A stretch of 64,000 nucleotides of DNA from Candidatus Eiseniibacteriota bacterium. GTDB lineage: Bacteria > Eisenbacteria > RBG-16-71-46 > JABDJR01. The stretch is taken from the NCBI GenBank assembly GCA_963783375.1, contig CAWANH010000029.1, positions 1,152,001 to 1,216,000 on the forward strand, given 5' to 3'. The position numbers were made by a program, and so were the translations under genes. Below, piece after piece: positions 31,323-45,547 of the stretch; the stretch's first letter is position 1; each line of letters opens with the position of its first letter. The notes under the pieces were generated by a model. It worked only from the letters and a program-made list of their open reading frames with translations, made no database searches and was not told where the DNA came from.

Positions 31323-33425
31323 TCACTCGGTCCGGCGGAGGAGAACGACGGAGCGGTCCCGGACCCGGATCATCCCGCCCGAGGTGAGAACATCCCCCTC
31401 CCTCTCTCCGGCCGCGTCGTCGGTGTCGAACTCGATAACCCAGTGTGTCCCCCACTCGGGCCCGGGGAGGGTGAAGTCCAGGGGTTCGTAATGGCCGTTC
31501 AGGAGCAGGTAGAAGCTGTCGTCCGTCACCCGCTCCCCGCGCTCGTCCGGGCTCCAGATTCCCTCGCCGTTCAGGAACACACCCAGGGACTTGGCATAGC
31601 CCTCTCCCCAGTGGTCCTCCTCCATCTCCGTGCCGTCGGGGGTGAACCAGCCGATGTCGTGGACGTCGCTCCCGTGGATGGCCCGCCCCAGGAACCACTT
31701 CCGCCGGCGGAGGACGGGATGTTCGATCCGGAGCCGGATCAACTGCCGGGTGAACTCCAGGAGTCCCCGGTCGGTGTGCTCCCAGTCCAGCCACGAGATC
31801 TCGTTGTCCTGGCAGTACGCGTTGTTGTTGCCGCCCTGGGTGCGGCCGATCTCGTCCCCGCCAAGGAGCATCGGCACCCCCTGGGAGAGGAAGAGCGTGG
31901 CCAGGAAATTGCGGCGCTGACGGGCCCGGAGCTCGAGCACGGCCGGGTCGTCGGTAGGGCCCTCCACCCCGCAATTCCAGGACCGGTTATGGCTCTCTCC
32001 GTCCCGGCCGTCTTCCAGGTTGGCCTCGTTGTGCCGCTCGTTGTAGGCCGCGAGGTCGCGGAGGGTGAACCCGTCGTGGGCGGTGACGAAGTTGAGGCTG
32101 GCATAGGGGCGTCGGCCGGTGGCCTCGTAGAGATCGGAGCTTCCGGTGAGCCGGTAGGCGAACTCGGCCAGGGTCTGGTCGTCCCCCCGCCAGTAGTCCC
32201 GCACGCAGTCCCGGTACTTCCCGTTCCATTCCGTCCACAGCGGGGGGAAGTTTCCCACCTGATAGCCCCCCTCCCCCACGTCCCAGGGCTCGGCGATGAG
32301 CTTCACCTGGCTCACCACCGGATCCTGCTGGATGAGGTCGAAGAAGGCGTTCAGCCGGTCCACGTCGTGGAGACCCCGGGCGAGGGCGGCGGCGAGATCG
32401 AACCGGAAGCCGTCCACGTGCATGTCGAGAACCCAGTAGCGGAGCGAATCCATGATCAGCTGCAGCACGTGGGGATGGCGCATGTTGAGGGTATTGCCGG
32501 TCCCGGTGTAGTCGGTGTAGTAGCGGGGGTCCTCCCCGGATAGACGGTAATAGGCCGCGTTGTCGATGCCCTTCATGCAGAGCATGGGGCCGAGGTGGTT
32601 CCCCTCCGCAGTGTGGTTGTAGACCACGTCCAGGAGCACCTCGATCCCCGCGGCGTGCAGAGCCTTCACCATCTCCTTGAACTCGGCGGCCTGGCGCTCC
32701 GGACCCTGCGTGGCGGCGTACTCGTTGTGGGGGGCGAAATAGCCGATGGTGTTGTAGCCCCAGTAGTTTCGGAGCCCCGCCTGGACCAGCCGGTGGTCGT
32801 GAATGAACTGGTGCACCGGCATGAGCTCCACCGCGGTGATCCCCAGCTTCTGAAAGTGCTCGATCGCGGCGGGATGGGCCAGACCGGCGTACGTCCCCCG
32901 AAGCTCCTCGGGGATCTCCGGATGCCGGCGGGTGAAGCCCTTGACGTGGAGCTCGTAGACCACGGTCTCGTGCCACGGAACCCCCGGCTTGGGATCGTGG
33001 CCCCAGTCGAAATGGGGCTGGCAGACCACCGAACGGGGCACGTGGGGCGCGCTGTCGGCGGAGTCGGCCTCGTCGGGACGGTCCGCCCGGTAGGGAAAGA
33101 CCGCCGGGTCCCAGCGCACCCCGCCCTCCACCCCTTTGGCGTAGGGATCGAGAAGGAGCTTGGCCGGGTTGTGGCGGAGCCCCCGCGCGGGATCCCACGG
33201 CCCGTGGATGCGGTACCCGTAGCGCTGCCCCGGCCCGACGTCGGGGAGATGGACGTGCCAGCAGAATCCGGTTGTCTCGGTGAGGTCGATCCGCGATTCG
33301 CCGCCGGCGGCGTCGAACAGGCAGAGATCCACCCGCTCCGCCGACTCCGAGAATATCGAGAAGTTGGTGCCGGTGCCGTCGTAGGTGGCGCCGAGGGGAT
33401 ACGGGGTGCCGGGACGAGTTTTCAC
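31323..33425 (-). CDS. glgX: Glycogen debranching enzyme (GlgX/TreX)
   Basis: PYPLGAT, NYWGY, DGFRFDLA, IAEPWD, HDGFTL. Confidence 0.95.
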   Translation of the reverse strand: MKTRPGTPYPLGATYDGTGTNFSIFSESAERVDLCLFDAAGGESRIDLTETTGFCWHVHLPDVGPGQRYGYRIHGPWDPARGLRHNPAKLLLDPYAKGVEGGVRWDPAVFPYRADRPDEADSADSAPHVPRSVVCQPHFDWGHDPKPGVPWHETVVYELHVKGFTRRHPEIPEELRGTYAGLAHPAAIEHFQKLGITAVELMPVHQFIHDHRLVQAGLRNYWGYNTIGYFAPHNEYAATQGPERQAAEFKEMVKALHAAGIEVLLDVVYNHTAEGNHLGPMLCMKGIDNAAYYRLSGEDPRYYTDYTGTGNTLNMRHPHVLQLIMDSLRYWVLDMHVDGFRFDLAAALARGLHDVDRLNAFFDLIQQDPVVSQVKLIAEPWDVGEGGYQVGNFPPLWTEWNGKYRDCVRDYWRGDDQTLAEFAYRLTGSSDLYEATGRRPYASLNFVTAHDGFTLRDLAAYNERHNEANLEDGRDGESHNRSWNCGVEGPTDDPAVLELRARQRRNFLATLFLSQGVPMLLGGDEIGRTQGGNNNAYCQDNEISWLDWEHTDRGLLEFTRQLIRLRIEHPVLRRRKWFLGRAIHGSDVHDIGWFTPDGTEMEEDHWGEGYAKSLGVFLNGEGIWSPDERGERVTDDSFYLLLNGHYEPLDFTLPGPEWGTHWVIEFDTDDAAGEREGDVLTSGGMIRVRDRSVVLLRRTE

Positions 33426-33762
33426 GGAGTCCTGTCCTCCGGCGCGGGGGCGCCGCGGGCGCCAACGGAGTTCGAGCTGATCGGGTACGGAAGGTTCACC
33501 GGAACCATCATGGCGAAGAATTCGGCAGCGCGCAAGGCGCGCGGACGACCCGGGGCCGTTGCTCCTACCGGTTGCCCTCCGTCCATCGCGTGGTTAGGCT
33601 ATGGGCCGGCGGACGGCGGATTCGGCCGTCGGGGACCGGCCGCCCTCGGCCGCGCCGCCGGCCGAGGCTTCGGAGTTCGGGACCGGGTGGCCGCCGCACG
33701 GTCGAAAGACGCCCTTCGCGGGGGAGAACGGGCATGTCGAACACGTCGGCGGACCTCGGACC

Positions 33763-34599
33763 ATGACCATCGTCGAGCTCACCCTGCTCATCGCGCTCAC
33801 CGCGTTCGCCGCCGGATTCCTCGGGGCCATCACCGGGCTCGGGGGCGGCGTGGTCATCGTCCCCTCCCTGGCGCTCCTCTTCGGGGTGGACATCCGCTAC
33901 GCCATCGGGGCGTCCCTGGTCGCGGTGATCGCCACCTCTTCGGCCGCCGCCGCCGCCTACGTTCGGGAAGGGTTCACCAACATCCGGATCGGCATGTTCC
34001 TGGAGATCGCCACCACGGTGGGAGCGGTCCTGAGCGCTTCGTTGGCCTCGTACTTTCCCGCCGCCGCGATCGCAGTGATCTTCGGCGTGATGCTCCTCTA
34101 CTCCGCCTATCTCTCCATCACCGCCGCCCCACGCCAACGGGAGAGCGAAGTCCCCGATCCCCTGGCCACCCGCCTCATGATGAACGGCGAATACCCCCAT
34201 CCGGGGGGCCCCCGTTCCTACCTCGTCCGCTCGGTGCCCGCGGGCTTCGGCCTCATGTTCGTGGCCGGCGCCCTCTCCGGGCTGCTGGGCATCGGCTCGG
34301 GGGCGCTCAAGGTGATCGCCATGGACCGGATCATGGGCATCCCATTCAAGGTCTCCACCACCACCAGCAACTTCATGATCGGGGTCACCGCCGCGGCCAG
34401 CGCCGGGGTCTACCTCCACCGGGGCTACATCGACCCGGGTCTGGCCATGCCGGTCTGCCTGGGAGTCCTGGCCGGATCGCTGATCGGCACCCGGCTTCTC
34501 CTGGCCGCGCGCACCAAGGCGCTCCGGATCGTGTTCGCCCTGGTCATCACCGTGCTCGGGATCCAGATGCTGGTGCACGGACTCGCGGGGAGAATGTAG
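33763..34599 (+). CDS. Sulfite exporter TauE/SafE family membrane protein
   Basis: GAITGLGGG, SGLLGIGSGALKV, STTTSNFMIGVTAAAS. Confidence 0.85.
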   Translation: MTIVELTLLIALTAFAAGFLGAITGLGGGVVIVPSLALLFGVDIRYAIGASLVAVIATSSAAAAAYVREGFTNIRIGMFLEIATTVGAVLSASLASYFPAAAIAVIFGVMLLYSAYLSITAAPRQRESEVPDPLATRLMMNGEYPHPGGPRSYLVRSVPAGFGLMFVAGALSGLLGIGSGALKVIAMDRIMGIPFKVSTTTSNFMIGVTAAASAGVYLHRGYIDPGLAMPVCLGVLAGSLIGTRLLLAARTKALRIVFALVITVLGIQMLVHGLAGRM

Positions 34600-35016
34600 A
34601 TGGCCGCAACCACCCCACGGATCACCGACGAGGAGATCGAACGGATCATGGGGAACCTGCTCCGCGCCGCGGTCCTGGTCTCCGCGGCGGTGGTCCTGGT
34701 CGGGGGACTCGTCTACCTATCCCGCCACGCCGGCGAAGTTCCCGCCTACCAGGTCTTCCGGGGCGAGCCGGCGTCGTTCCGGACCTTCACCGGCATCGTG
34801 CAGAGCGTGGAGAACGCCCGGGGCCGGGGGATCATCCAGGCGGGAATCCTTCTCCTCATCGCCACCCCGGTGGCCCGGGTGGCCCTGGGGGTGGCCGCTT
34901 TCGCGCTGCAGCGGGACCGGCTGTACGTGACGGTCAGCCTCATCGTGTTGACCGTGCTCCTCTACAGCATCCTCGGAGGGTACTTCCTGGAGGCCGCCTT
35001 CGCCGCCGTGCGGTGA
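34600..35016 (+). CDS. DUF1634 membrane protein
   Basis: GILLLIATPVARV motif; abuts the TauE gene. Confidence 0.75.
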   Translation: MAATTPRITDEEIERIMGNLLRAAVLVSAAVVLVGGLVYLSRHAGEVPAYQVFRGEPASFRTFTGIVQSVENARGRGIIQAGILLLIATPVARVALGVAAFALQRDRLYVTVSLIVLTVLLYSILGGYFLEAAFAAVR

Positions 35017-35080
35017 TGTGAACGACGCCGGGCGCGCCGAGGTCCGGCGGAACAAGTGACGAGATTCCCCGGAGGAAACG

Positions 35081-36262
35081 CTAGTTCAGATCCTCCAGCT
35101 TCAGGGGGAGCTGAACCGATTTCCCTCCGCGCCGGACGGTGAGGGTCACCTTGTCCCCCGGCTGGTGGGTGTCGAGGGCCGCGAACAGGTCGTCGAAGTT
35201 GTTGATCGGTTTCCCGTCGATGGCGGTGATGTCGTCGAAGGAGCGCACCCGGCCCCACTGGTCCACCCGGATGGGTTGAAGGCCGGCTTTCGCCGCCTCG
35301 GTCTCCGCGGCCACGGAGCGGACGATCACTCCCTTCACCCCCCAGCGACGGGCGAGGGCGTCCGGGATCACCGAGATCGCGAGCCCGGCGTGCTTCACCT
35401 TCCCGTAGCGGATGAGCTGGGGGACGATCCGCTTCACCGTGTTCACCGGAACCGCGAACCCCACCCCGGCGCTGGTGCCGGAGGGGCTGAGGATGGCGGT
35501 GTTGACCCCGATCAGCCGTCCCGAGGAGTCGATCAGGGTTCCCCCGGAGTTCCCGGGGTTGATCGAGGCGTCGGTCTGGATCATCCCCTCGATGAGCGTA
35601 CCGGCCACCGAGCGAATCTCCCGACCCAGGGCGCTGATCACCCCGGTGGTCAGGGTCTGGTCGAGCCCGAAGGGATTCCCGAGGGCCAACACCTTCTGCC
35701 CCACCATCAGGTTCCCGGAGTCCCCCAGGTCCACCGCGGTGAGGCTGTCCGCCGAGACGTCGATGAGGAGAACGGCGAGATCCTTGGTGGGCTCGGTCCC
35801 GATCAGGGCGGCGGGATAGGTCATGCCGTCGGCCAGGGTGACGGTGAAGGAGTTCCCGTTCTGGACCACATGGAAGTTGGTGACCACGTGTCCCTGCTTG
35901 TCCCAGATGAAGCCCGAGCCGGTGCCGGCGGGGATCTCGGACACGTTCATGCTGAAGGGATCCCGCCGGAGCTGGCGGTTGGTGATGTAGACCACGGAGT
36001 TCGACACCCGGCGGAAGATGTCGATGGTGTTCCGTTCGTTGTCGAGCAGGCCGGCGGGAAGGGGGCCCTCCCCGGTGGTGTCGGGGGCCGATTCGAGGCC
36101 CCCCTGGGCCGGACCGGACACGGAGACCGGCGTGGAAACCGGGGCGGCGACGGACAGGGAGGCCTGCGCCGGTCGGTCCAGCCGGGTTCCGAGAACGATT
36201 CCGAACAGGATCAGCGATGTCGCGAGCGCGATTCCGAAGAGCCAATTGAGCACCGTCTTCAT
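35081..36262 (-). CDS. HtrA/DegP-like S1C serine protease with one PDZ domain
   Basis: GSGFIW, VTNFHV, DLAV, QTDASINPGNSGG; N-terminal TM. Confidence 0.92.
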   Translation of the reverse strand: MKTVLNWLFGIALATSLILFGIVLGTRLDRPAQASLSVAAPVSTPVSVSGPAQGGLESAPDTTGEGPLPAGLLDNERNTIDIFRRVSNSVVYITNRQLRRDPFSMNVSEIPAGTGSGFIWDKQGHVVTNFHVVQNGNSFTVTLADGMTYPAALIGTEPTKDLAVLLIDVSADSLTAVDLGDSGNLMVGQKVLALGNPFGLDQTLTTGVISALGREIRSVAGTLIEGMIQTDASINPGNSGGTLIDSSGRLIGVNTAILSPSGTSAGVGFAVPVNTVKRIVPQLIRYGKVKHAGLAISVIPDALARRWGVKGVIVRSVAAETEAAKAGLQPIRVDQWGRVRSFDDITAIDGKPINNFDDLFAALDTHQPGDKVTLTVRRGGKSVQLPLKLEDLN

Positions 36263-36685
36263 GGGTCAGGATCCTCCGGGGTGACGCCACCCTCCGGAAT
36301 GCGTGCGTTGAACCGGTAACCGCTCGTATCGTAGTGGATTGTCCCGATGGGCCGACTCGGGGGAGCGGCCCTTCGGGCCGCGCCGCCGAGGCATCGGCGC
36401 GCGATGCGGGCGGCCGGAGAGGATCGCGGCCGCTCTCCCTTTCTACCCGCGCCCCCTCCCCACGCTTCCCATAGCATAGCGGGTATCGCGCCGGTTACCC
36501 AGCCCCCAACTACATACCTCATATGAAGTTATCATACGCGATGTGATATCTGGATATGGCTTTTCCCCCTCCCCGGGCCCACCGATTCCGACTAAGGTTG
36601 TCCAGTATCTTTGGGTTCTGCAGGTCGCACGCGCGCTCCGAAACCCGCCGGGGGCGGTCGGAGCCGAGGAAGCAGGAGACCACGA

Positions 36686-37363
36686 ATGGGTTGGCTGAGC
36701 ACGTTTTACCGATCGTCGATCGGGAAGAAGATCACGGTGGCGGTGACCGGAGTCATCATGGTCCTCTTCCTCATCGGGCACATGATGGGGAACCTCCTCC
36801 TCTTCGAGGGCCCCGGACAAGCCGGAGAGCCGGCCCGCCTCAATCAGTACGCGGAACTCCTCCGGTTCGAGCCGGTGATGCTCTGGATCATCCGGCTGGT
36901 GCTGCTGGCCACGGTGGTCCTACACGTGATCACCGTGATCCAGCTGAGCCTGGAGAACAACCGGGCACGGAACGTGAAGTACGCGGTGAAGAAACACCAG
37001 GCGGCGACCGTCTCCTCGCGGACCATGCTCTGGGGCGGGTTCATCGTGGCGGCGTTCATCGTCTTCCATATCCTTCACTTCACCACCGGCACGATCTACT
37101 CGGCCCACTACGAGCACCTGAAGCCGTACCACAACGTGATCACGAGCTTCCAGAACCCGATCTTCGCGGGGCTCTACATCCTCGCCATGGTCGTCATCTT
37201 TTTCCACCTGAACCACGGCATCAAGAGCGGCTTCGAGACCCTCGGAGTCACCCACCCGCGCTACGTGAACCTGGTTCGCCTGGGCGGTCCCATTCTGGCC
37301 CTCCTCATCGCCGCCGGCTTCCTGCTGGTGCCGTTGGCGGTCCTGGCCGGATGGGTGAAGTAG
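36686..37363 (+). CDS. sdhC: Succinate dehydrogenase cytochrome b subunit
   Basis: [18 protein letters not shown], five TM helices with His ligands. Confidence 0.9.
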   Translation: MGWLSTFYRSSIGKKITVAVTGVIMVLFLIGHMMGNLLLFEGPGQAGEPARLNQYAELLRFEPVMLWIIRLVLLATVVLHVITVIQLSLENNRARNVKYAVKKHQAATVSSRTMLWGGFIVAAFIVFHILHFTTGTIYSAHYEHLKPYHNVITSFQNPIFAGLYILAMVVIFFHLNHGIKSGFETLGVTHPRYVNLVRLGGPILALLIAAGFLLVPLAVLAGWVK

Positions 37364-37377
37364 AGGGGAGGAACGCC

Positions 37378-39293
<1,916 letters not shown>

Positions 39294-39294
<1 letters not shown>

Positions 39295-40052
39295 TGAGGA
39301 TCAAGCTCAAGGTCTGGCGTCAGGCGGGACCGAACGCGAAGGGTCGCTTCCAGGAGATCGACGTTCCCGAGGTGAGCGAGGACTCCTCGTTCCTCGAGAT
39401 GCTGGACATGGTGAACCAGGGGCTGATCGAGAAGGGTGAGGAGCCCGTCGCCTTCGACAGCGACTGCCGGGAGGGCATCTGCGGCACCTGCGGGGTGATG
39501 ATCAACGGCGAGGCCCACGGGCCGCTCCCCGGGACCACCACCTGCCAGCACCACATGCGGCACTTCAAGGACGGCGAAACCCTGGTGGTCGAGCCCTGGC
39601 GGGCCAAGGCCTTTCCCATCATCAAGGACCTGGTGGTGAACCGGAACGCCTTCGACCGCATCATCCGGGCCGGGGGCTACGTCAGCGTGGACACCGGCGC
39701 CGCCCCCGAGGCCGGGGCGATCCTGGTGTCGAAGGACGCCTCGGACACCGCCTTCGAGAGCGCGGCCTGTATCGGCTGCGGGGCGTGCGTGGCCGCCTGC
39801 CCCAACGCCAGCGCCATGCTCTTCGTGGGGGCCAAGATCAGCCATCTGGCGGTGCTCCCCCAGGGCCAGCCCGAGCGCATGGACCGCGCGGTGCGGATGG
39901 TGGCCACCATGGACGACGAGGGCTTCGGGAACTGCACCAATCATGGCGAATGCGAGAAGGCCTGCCCCAAAGAGATCAAGATGACCAACATCTACCGGAT
40001 GAACGCCGACTACCTGAAGGCGAGCCTGGTGGAGAAGAAGGTGCCGAAGTAG
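39294..40052 (+). CDS. sdhB: Succinate dehydrogenase iron-sulfur subunit
   Basis: [32 protein letters not shown]. Confidence 0.95.
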
Positions 40053-40091
40053 GGAGCGGGTAGCGCGGCTCGGGATACGGAACGAATCGAT

Positions 40092-40123
40092 ACGGCCCGG
40101 GGCTGGGAGCTCCGGGCCGTTTG
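40092..40123 (+). terminator. Possible terminator hairpin after sdhB
   Basis: ACGGCCCGG...CCGGGCCGT 9-bp stem with only a short T run. Confidence 0.4.
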
Positions 40124-40238
40124 CCGTGCTCCTCCGGGACGCGGTCGAGGCTCCGGTGTCCGGAGAACCGAGCCGGGTAATCGGTGCCACGAGAAGCGGT
40201 CAACCCGAGCGGACGGCGGGCCAGTCGCAGACTCCCGC

Positions 40239-40536
40239 CGGGCTTTATTGCGAACATTGTGTACCCGGGGAAGCACGGATGACAGCGGCCGCGCGACGGG
40301 GGCGCATGGGCCGGCCTGCTCCTGAGCGAGGCGAGAATCTGGAGGCGCGATGGGAGCGGAGCGGGTCCCGTCGCGCCGGAAGAGCGAGCGATGGATCGTC
40401 CGGCGGACGACCCGAGCGAGCGCTGAGCGCCGAGACGAAGGGGCACCGGCCCAAAGACCCCGCCGCCCGATGCCGGCGGGCTTCGAGGGAATCGTGGTTC
40501 CGGGCGCTATTGCGAACATCGCGTACCCGGGGAAGC
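40239..40536 (+). repeat. 36-bp imperfect direct repeat (40239-40274 and 40501-40536)
   Basis: CGGGC(TT/GC)TATTGCGAACAT(T/C)G(T/C)GTACCCGGGGAAGC, 4 mismatches. Confidence 0.9.
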
Positions 40537-40554
40537 GAAGTTCGCAATAAAGCC
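40241..40554. mobile_element. MITE-like non-coding element with perfect 15-bp terminal inverted repeats
   Basis: GGCTTTATTGCGAAC (40241-40255) and GTTCGCAATAAAGCC (40540-40554); no transposase, no clear target duplication. Confidence 0.5.
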
Positions 40555-40649
40555 TTTGGTGCGGCGCCGCGGATGAAGCAGCCCATGCGCCGTGGCAGAT
40601 CTCAGGCGCGGGCGAGCGGCGGCCCTCGGAGGACGGTTGGCCCGAAGGT

Positions 40650-41240
40650 CTACCCGAAGCCCAGCTCCAACCGGGCGGCCTCGGTCATGCGGCTCATGTC
40701 CCACGGGGGATCCCAGACGATGTCCACCCGGACGTCGTCCACCCCGGGAAGCCGGCTGATCTTATCCTCGGCTTCGCCGCGCAGCACGTCCCCCATGCCG
40801 CAACCGGGGGCGGTCATGGTCATGGCGATCTCGACCGACGAGCCGTGCCCGGCGGGCGCGACCTTGCATTCGTAGATGAGCCCGAGGTCCACGACGTTGA
40901 CCGGGATCTCGGGGTCGAAGATCGTGCGGAGCTCGTCCCAGATCGCCTTCTCCAACTCGGCCGCGTCCACCGCGGCGGGCGAGCCGCCGTTGGCGGACTC
41001 GGCGGGCTTCGCCGCGGCCGCCGGGGCGGGGGCCGCGGTCGGTTCCTTCCCCAGGGCGTCGGCGTCGCGGCCGTCCACCCGGGCCATGTACCCCTGGGGG
41101 GTGATCACGGTGTAGGAACCGCCCAGGGACTGGGTGATGGTGACCGTCACCCCTTCCGGGATGAGGATCCGGTTCCCGGCCGGGATCACCACCGCTTCCA
41201 CGTCCCGGGTGATCTCCACGTCTTCAGAATGTCTCATCAT
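40650..41240 (-). CDS. sufT: Fe-S cluster assembly protein SufT (DUF59)
   Basis: ITQSLGGSYTV, DPEIPVNVVDLGLIY, TAPGCGMG, WDPPW. Confidence 0.9.
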   Translation of the reverse strand: MMRHSEDVEITRDVEAVVIPAGNRILIPEGVTVTITQSLGGSYTVITPQGYMARVDGRDADALGKEPTAAPAPAAAAKPAESANGGSPAAVDAAELEKAIWDELRTIFDPEIPVNVVDLGLIYECKVAPAGHGSSVEIAMTMTAPGCGMGDVLRGEAEDKISRLPGVDDVRVDIVWDPPWDMSRMTEAARLELGFG

Positions 41241-41322
41241 CGATGGTCCTTCTCCGTCCGCTGCCCGCGTCCCGCGGCGGTTCCGGATCGCGGGCCGGGC
41301 GCGCCCGCCCGGGGCGGGCGAA

Positions 41323-41775
41323 CTACTCCGTGGAGGCCGTCTCGTCCTGCTGGCGCAGGGCGGAGGCCACGGTGTGCCAGCACAGGGTGGCGCATTTGAC
41401 CCGGGACGGGAACTGGTTCACCCCGGCGACCGCGGCCAGCTCGCCCAGGGCCAGGAGGTCCTCCTCTGACTGGGGCTTGCCGGTCACCATCTTCTGGAAC
41501 TGCTCGAACATCGCCTCCGCTTCGGCCCGGGTCTTTCCCTTGAGCACCGTGGTCATGACCGAGGCCGACGCCTGGGAGATCGCGCACCCCGAACCCCTGA
41601 AACCCACCTCGGCGATCCGGTCGCCGTCCATCTTCAGATACACGATGAGCTTGTCCCCGCAGAGAGGGTTGTAGCCCTCGGCCGTGTGGTTGGCGCCTTC
41701 GGGCTTTCCCTGGTTCCGGGGGTTCCTGTTGTGGTCGAGGATGACTTCCTGGTAGAGATCCGAAAGATCCGACAT
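41323..41775 (-). CDS. sufU: SUF-type NifU/SufU protein
   Basis: LYQEVILDH, NPLCGD, GCAISQASAS, RVKCA. Confidence 0.92.
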   Translation of the reverse strand: MSDLSDLYQEVILDHNRNPRNQGKPEGANHTAEGYNPLCGDKLIVYLKMDGDRIAEVGFRGSGCAISQASASVMTTVLKGKTRAEAEAMFEQFQKMVTGKPQSEEDLLALGELAAVAGVNQFPSRVKCATLCWHTVASALRQQDETASTE

Positions 41776-43089
41776 CTAGAACCTCGCTTCCAGGAACGCG
41801 GCCAGCTTCTCCCGGACCGGCACGATGCCCACCCGGTCCAGCATCTCCCCCGCGAACCCCTGGATCATGATCCGCCGGGCCTCGCCGCGTTCGATCCCCC
41901 GGGAGCATAGATAGAAGAGCGCCTCCTCGTCGATCTGGCCGATGGTGGCACCGTGGCGGGCCTTGACGTCGTCGGCGAAGATCTCGAGCTCCGGGTTGGT
42001 GTTGACCAGCGCCTCGTTCGAGAGCAGAAGGTTGTTGTTGGTCTGGGAGGCGTCGATCCGCTGGGCTCCCTCGCGGATGAGGACCCGGCCGTTGAAGACC
42101 CCGGTGGCCTTCCCGTCCAGAACGCCCTTGTAGAGCTGGCGGCTGGATGTATGGGGGCTCTTGTGGTCCACGTAGGTATGGTGGTCCACGTGCTGGCGTC
42201 CCGCCACCGCATAGAGTCCGTTCAGGGCGCACTCCGAGCCCTCGCCGTCCATCATCGCGTCGACGTCGGTCCGGACCAGCCGCCCGCCGAACGAAAGCGA
42301 ATGGCTGGTGAACCGGGCGTTTCGTCCCAGCCGCGCGGCGACGGCCCCGATGTGGATGGACTTGAGCCCTTCCCGCTGAAGCTTCACGTGGTCGAGGGAG
42401 GCGTTGTCCCCCACCAGGATCTCGGTCACCGGGGCGGTGAAGACCGCCGCGTCATCGGGCCCCACGAACTCCTCGATCACCCTGGCCCGCGAACCCGGGG
42501 CCATCTCGATCACCACCCGGGGATGGACGGCCCGCGGCTCCCCGCCGCCGGCGGTCACGAATAGCAGATGGATCGGCGCCTCGATCGCGGTGTCCCGCGG
42601 AATCCGGATGACCGCGCCGTCGGTCATGAAAGCGGTGTTGAGGGCGGCGAAGGGGTGGCGTTCGAGGTCCACCGCGGTCCCGAGGAGTCCGGACGGCATG
42701 GCCTCGCGGTCCCCGAGCAGCGCGGCCAGGCCGGAGGCGACCGCACCCTCGGCGGGGAGGCGCTCCCGGGAGAGCGCGGGCGAAAACGAGCCGTTCACGA
42801 AGGTCAGCCGTACCCCGCCGGCGTCGGCCAGAACCATGGACTCGACTTCCCGGGGGGACGTCGCCGCCGCGTCGGATCCCGGGCTCCACCGGAACTCCTG
42901 TTTGCGGAGCGGCTTCAGGTTGGTGAAGCGCCAGGCCTCGACCCGGGTATCGGGGACCCCGGCCTCGCGGAACCGCTCCGCCCCGCGCCGACGAAGCCCG
43001 GCCAGCCACGGCGGACCCCCGGCGGCCGGGGCGCCGGCCAGGAGCCCTTCCACCACCGGATCCAGATCGGCCAATGCGCGGGTCGTCAT
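41776..43089 (-). CDS. sufD: Fe-S cluster assembly protein SufD
   Basis: EAWRFT, FAALN, PELEIFADDVKARHGAT. Confidence 0.92.
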   Translation of the reverse strand: MTTRALADLDPVVEGLLAGAPAAGGPPWLAGLRRRGAERFREAGVPDTRVEAWRFTNLKPLRKQEFRWSPGSDAAATSPREVESMVLADAGGVRLTFVNGSFSPALSRERLPAEGAVASGLAALLGDREAMPSGLLGTAVDLERHPFAALNTAFMTDGAVIRIPRDTAIEAPIHLLFVTAGGGEPRAVHPRVVIEMAPGSRARVIEEFVGPDDAAVFTAPVTEILVGDNASLDHVKLQREGLKSIHIGAVAARLGRNARFTSHSLSFGGRLVRTDVDAMMDGEGSECALNGLYAVAGRQHVDHHTYVDHKSPHTSSRQLYKGVLDGKATGVFNGRVLIREGAQRIDASQTNNNLLLSNEALVNTNPELEIFADDVKARHGATIGQIDEEALFYLCSRGIERGEARRIMIQGFAGEMLDRVGIVPVREKLAAFLEARF

Positions 43090-43877
43090 CTTCCGGAGGC
43101 TCCCGCGGTCCGGGCGACCTCGTCCTCGATCCAGCCGTAGCCCCGCTCTTCCAGCTCCAGGGCCAGCTCCTTCCCCCCGGTCTTCACGATCTGACCGTTC
43201 ACCAGGACGTGGACCCGGTCGGGGACCACGTAGCCCAGGAGCCGCTGGTAATGGGTCACCAGCACGATGGACCGGTCCTCGCGGCGGTGCAGGTTGATCC
43301 CATTGGCCACGATCTTCAGGGCGTCGATGTCCAGGCCGGAATCGGTCTCGTCCAGGATGGCCAGGGTCGGATCCAGGAGCCCGAGCTGGAGGATCTCGTT
43401 CCGCTTCTTCTCACCCCCCGAAAACCCGTCGTTCACGAAGCGGGTGAGGAGCGACTCGTCCAGCTCCACCAGCTTCGCCTTCTCCTTGAGGAGGCCCAGG
43501 AATTCCACCGCCCCGATCTCGGCCTCGCCGCGGTACTTGCGAACCGCGTTGAGCGCGGAGCGGAGAAAGTACCGGTTGCTGACCCCGGGAATCTCCACCG
43601 GATACTGGAAACCCAGAAAGATGCCCTCTCCCGCCCGCTCCTCGGGCTCCATGGCCAGGAGGTCACGACCGCGGTAGAGAACCTCCCCCTCGGTCACTTC
43701 CAGGCCGGGAGCGCCGGCCAGCACCTTGGCCAGGGTGCTCTTCCCGGAGCCGTTCGGCCCCATGATGGCGTGAACCTCCCCCGCGTTCACGGTGAGGTCG
43801 ATCCCGCGGAGGATGTCCTTCTCCTCGGCGCGGGCGTGCAGGTTCCTGACGACGAGCATCGGTCCTTCCTGGGTCAT
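43086..43877 (-). CDS. sufC: Fe-S cluster assembly ATPase SufC
   Basis: GPNGSGKST, FSGGEKKRNE, LDETDSGLDID. Confidence 0.95.
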   Translation of the reverse strand: MTQEGPMLVVRNLHARAEEKDILRGIDLTVNAGEVHAIMGPNGSGKSTLAKVLAGAPGLEVTEGEVLYRGRDLLAMEPEERAGEGIFLGFQYPVEIPGVSNRYFLRSALNAVRKYRGEAEIGAVEFLGLLKEKAKLVELDESLLTRFVNDGFSGGEKKRNEILQLGLLDPTLAILDETDSGLDIDALKIVANGINLHRREDRSIVLVTHYQRLLGYVVPDRVHVLVNGQIVKTGGKELALELEERGYGWIEDEVARTAGASGR

Positions 43878-44056
43878 TCCATCCGTCCCTTCAACGTCAA
43901 TCGATCGGGTCACTGACTTCCATCATTCGGGGGCCGGCGGTCGGCGCCGAAACCCGCGTCCGGCGCCGTTCGCCCCGAGGCCTCGGCGGTCGCTCAGGTG
44001 CTCGATCCGAGGGCCATCCGCTCCCCCTCGCGACACGGCTTCCTGAAGAGGTCGGG

Positions 44057-45547
<1,491 letters not shown>

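Noticed and set aside
26883-33425. treX-treY-treZ cluster as novel
   Set aside because: Well-known glycogen-to-trehalose pathway
40239-40536. 36-bp direct repeat as a CRISPR array
   Set aside because: Only two copies, 226 bp apart, and no cas genes
40126-40875. ORFs across the sdhB-sufT intergenic region as a possible transposase or small protein
   Set aside because: Arg/Ala/Pro-rich with no DDE or HUH motifs; better explained as a non-coding repeat element
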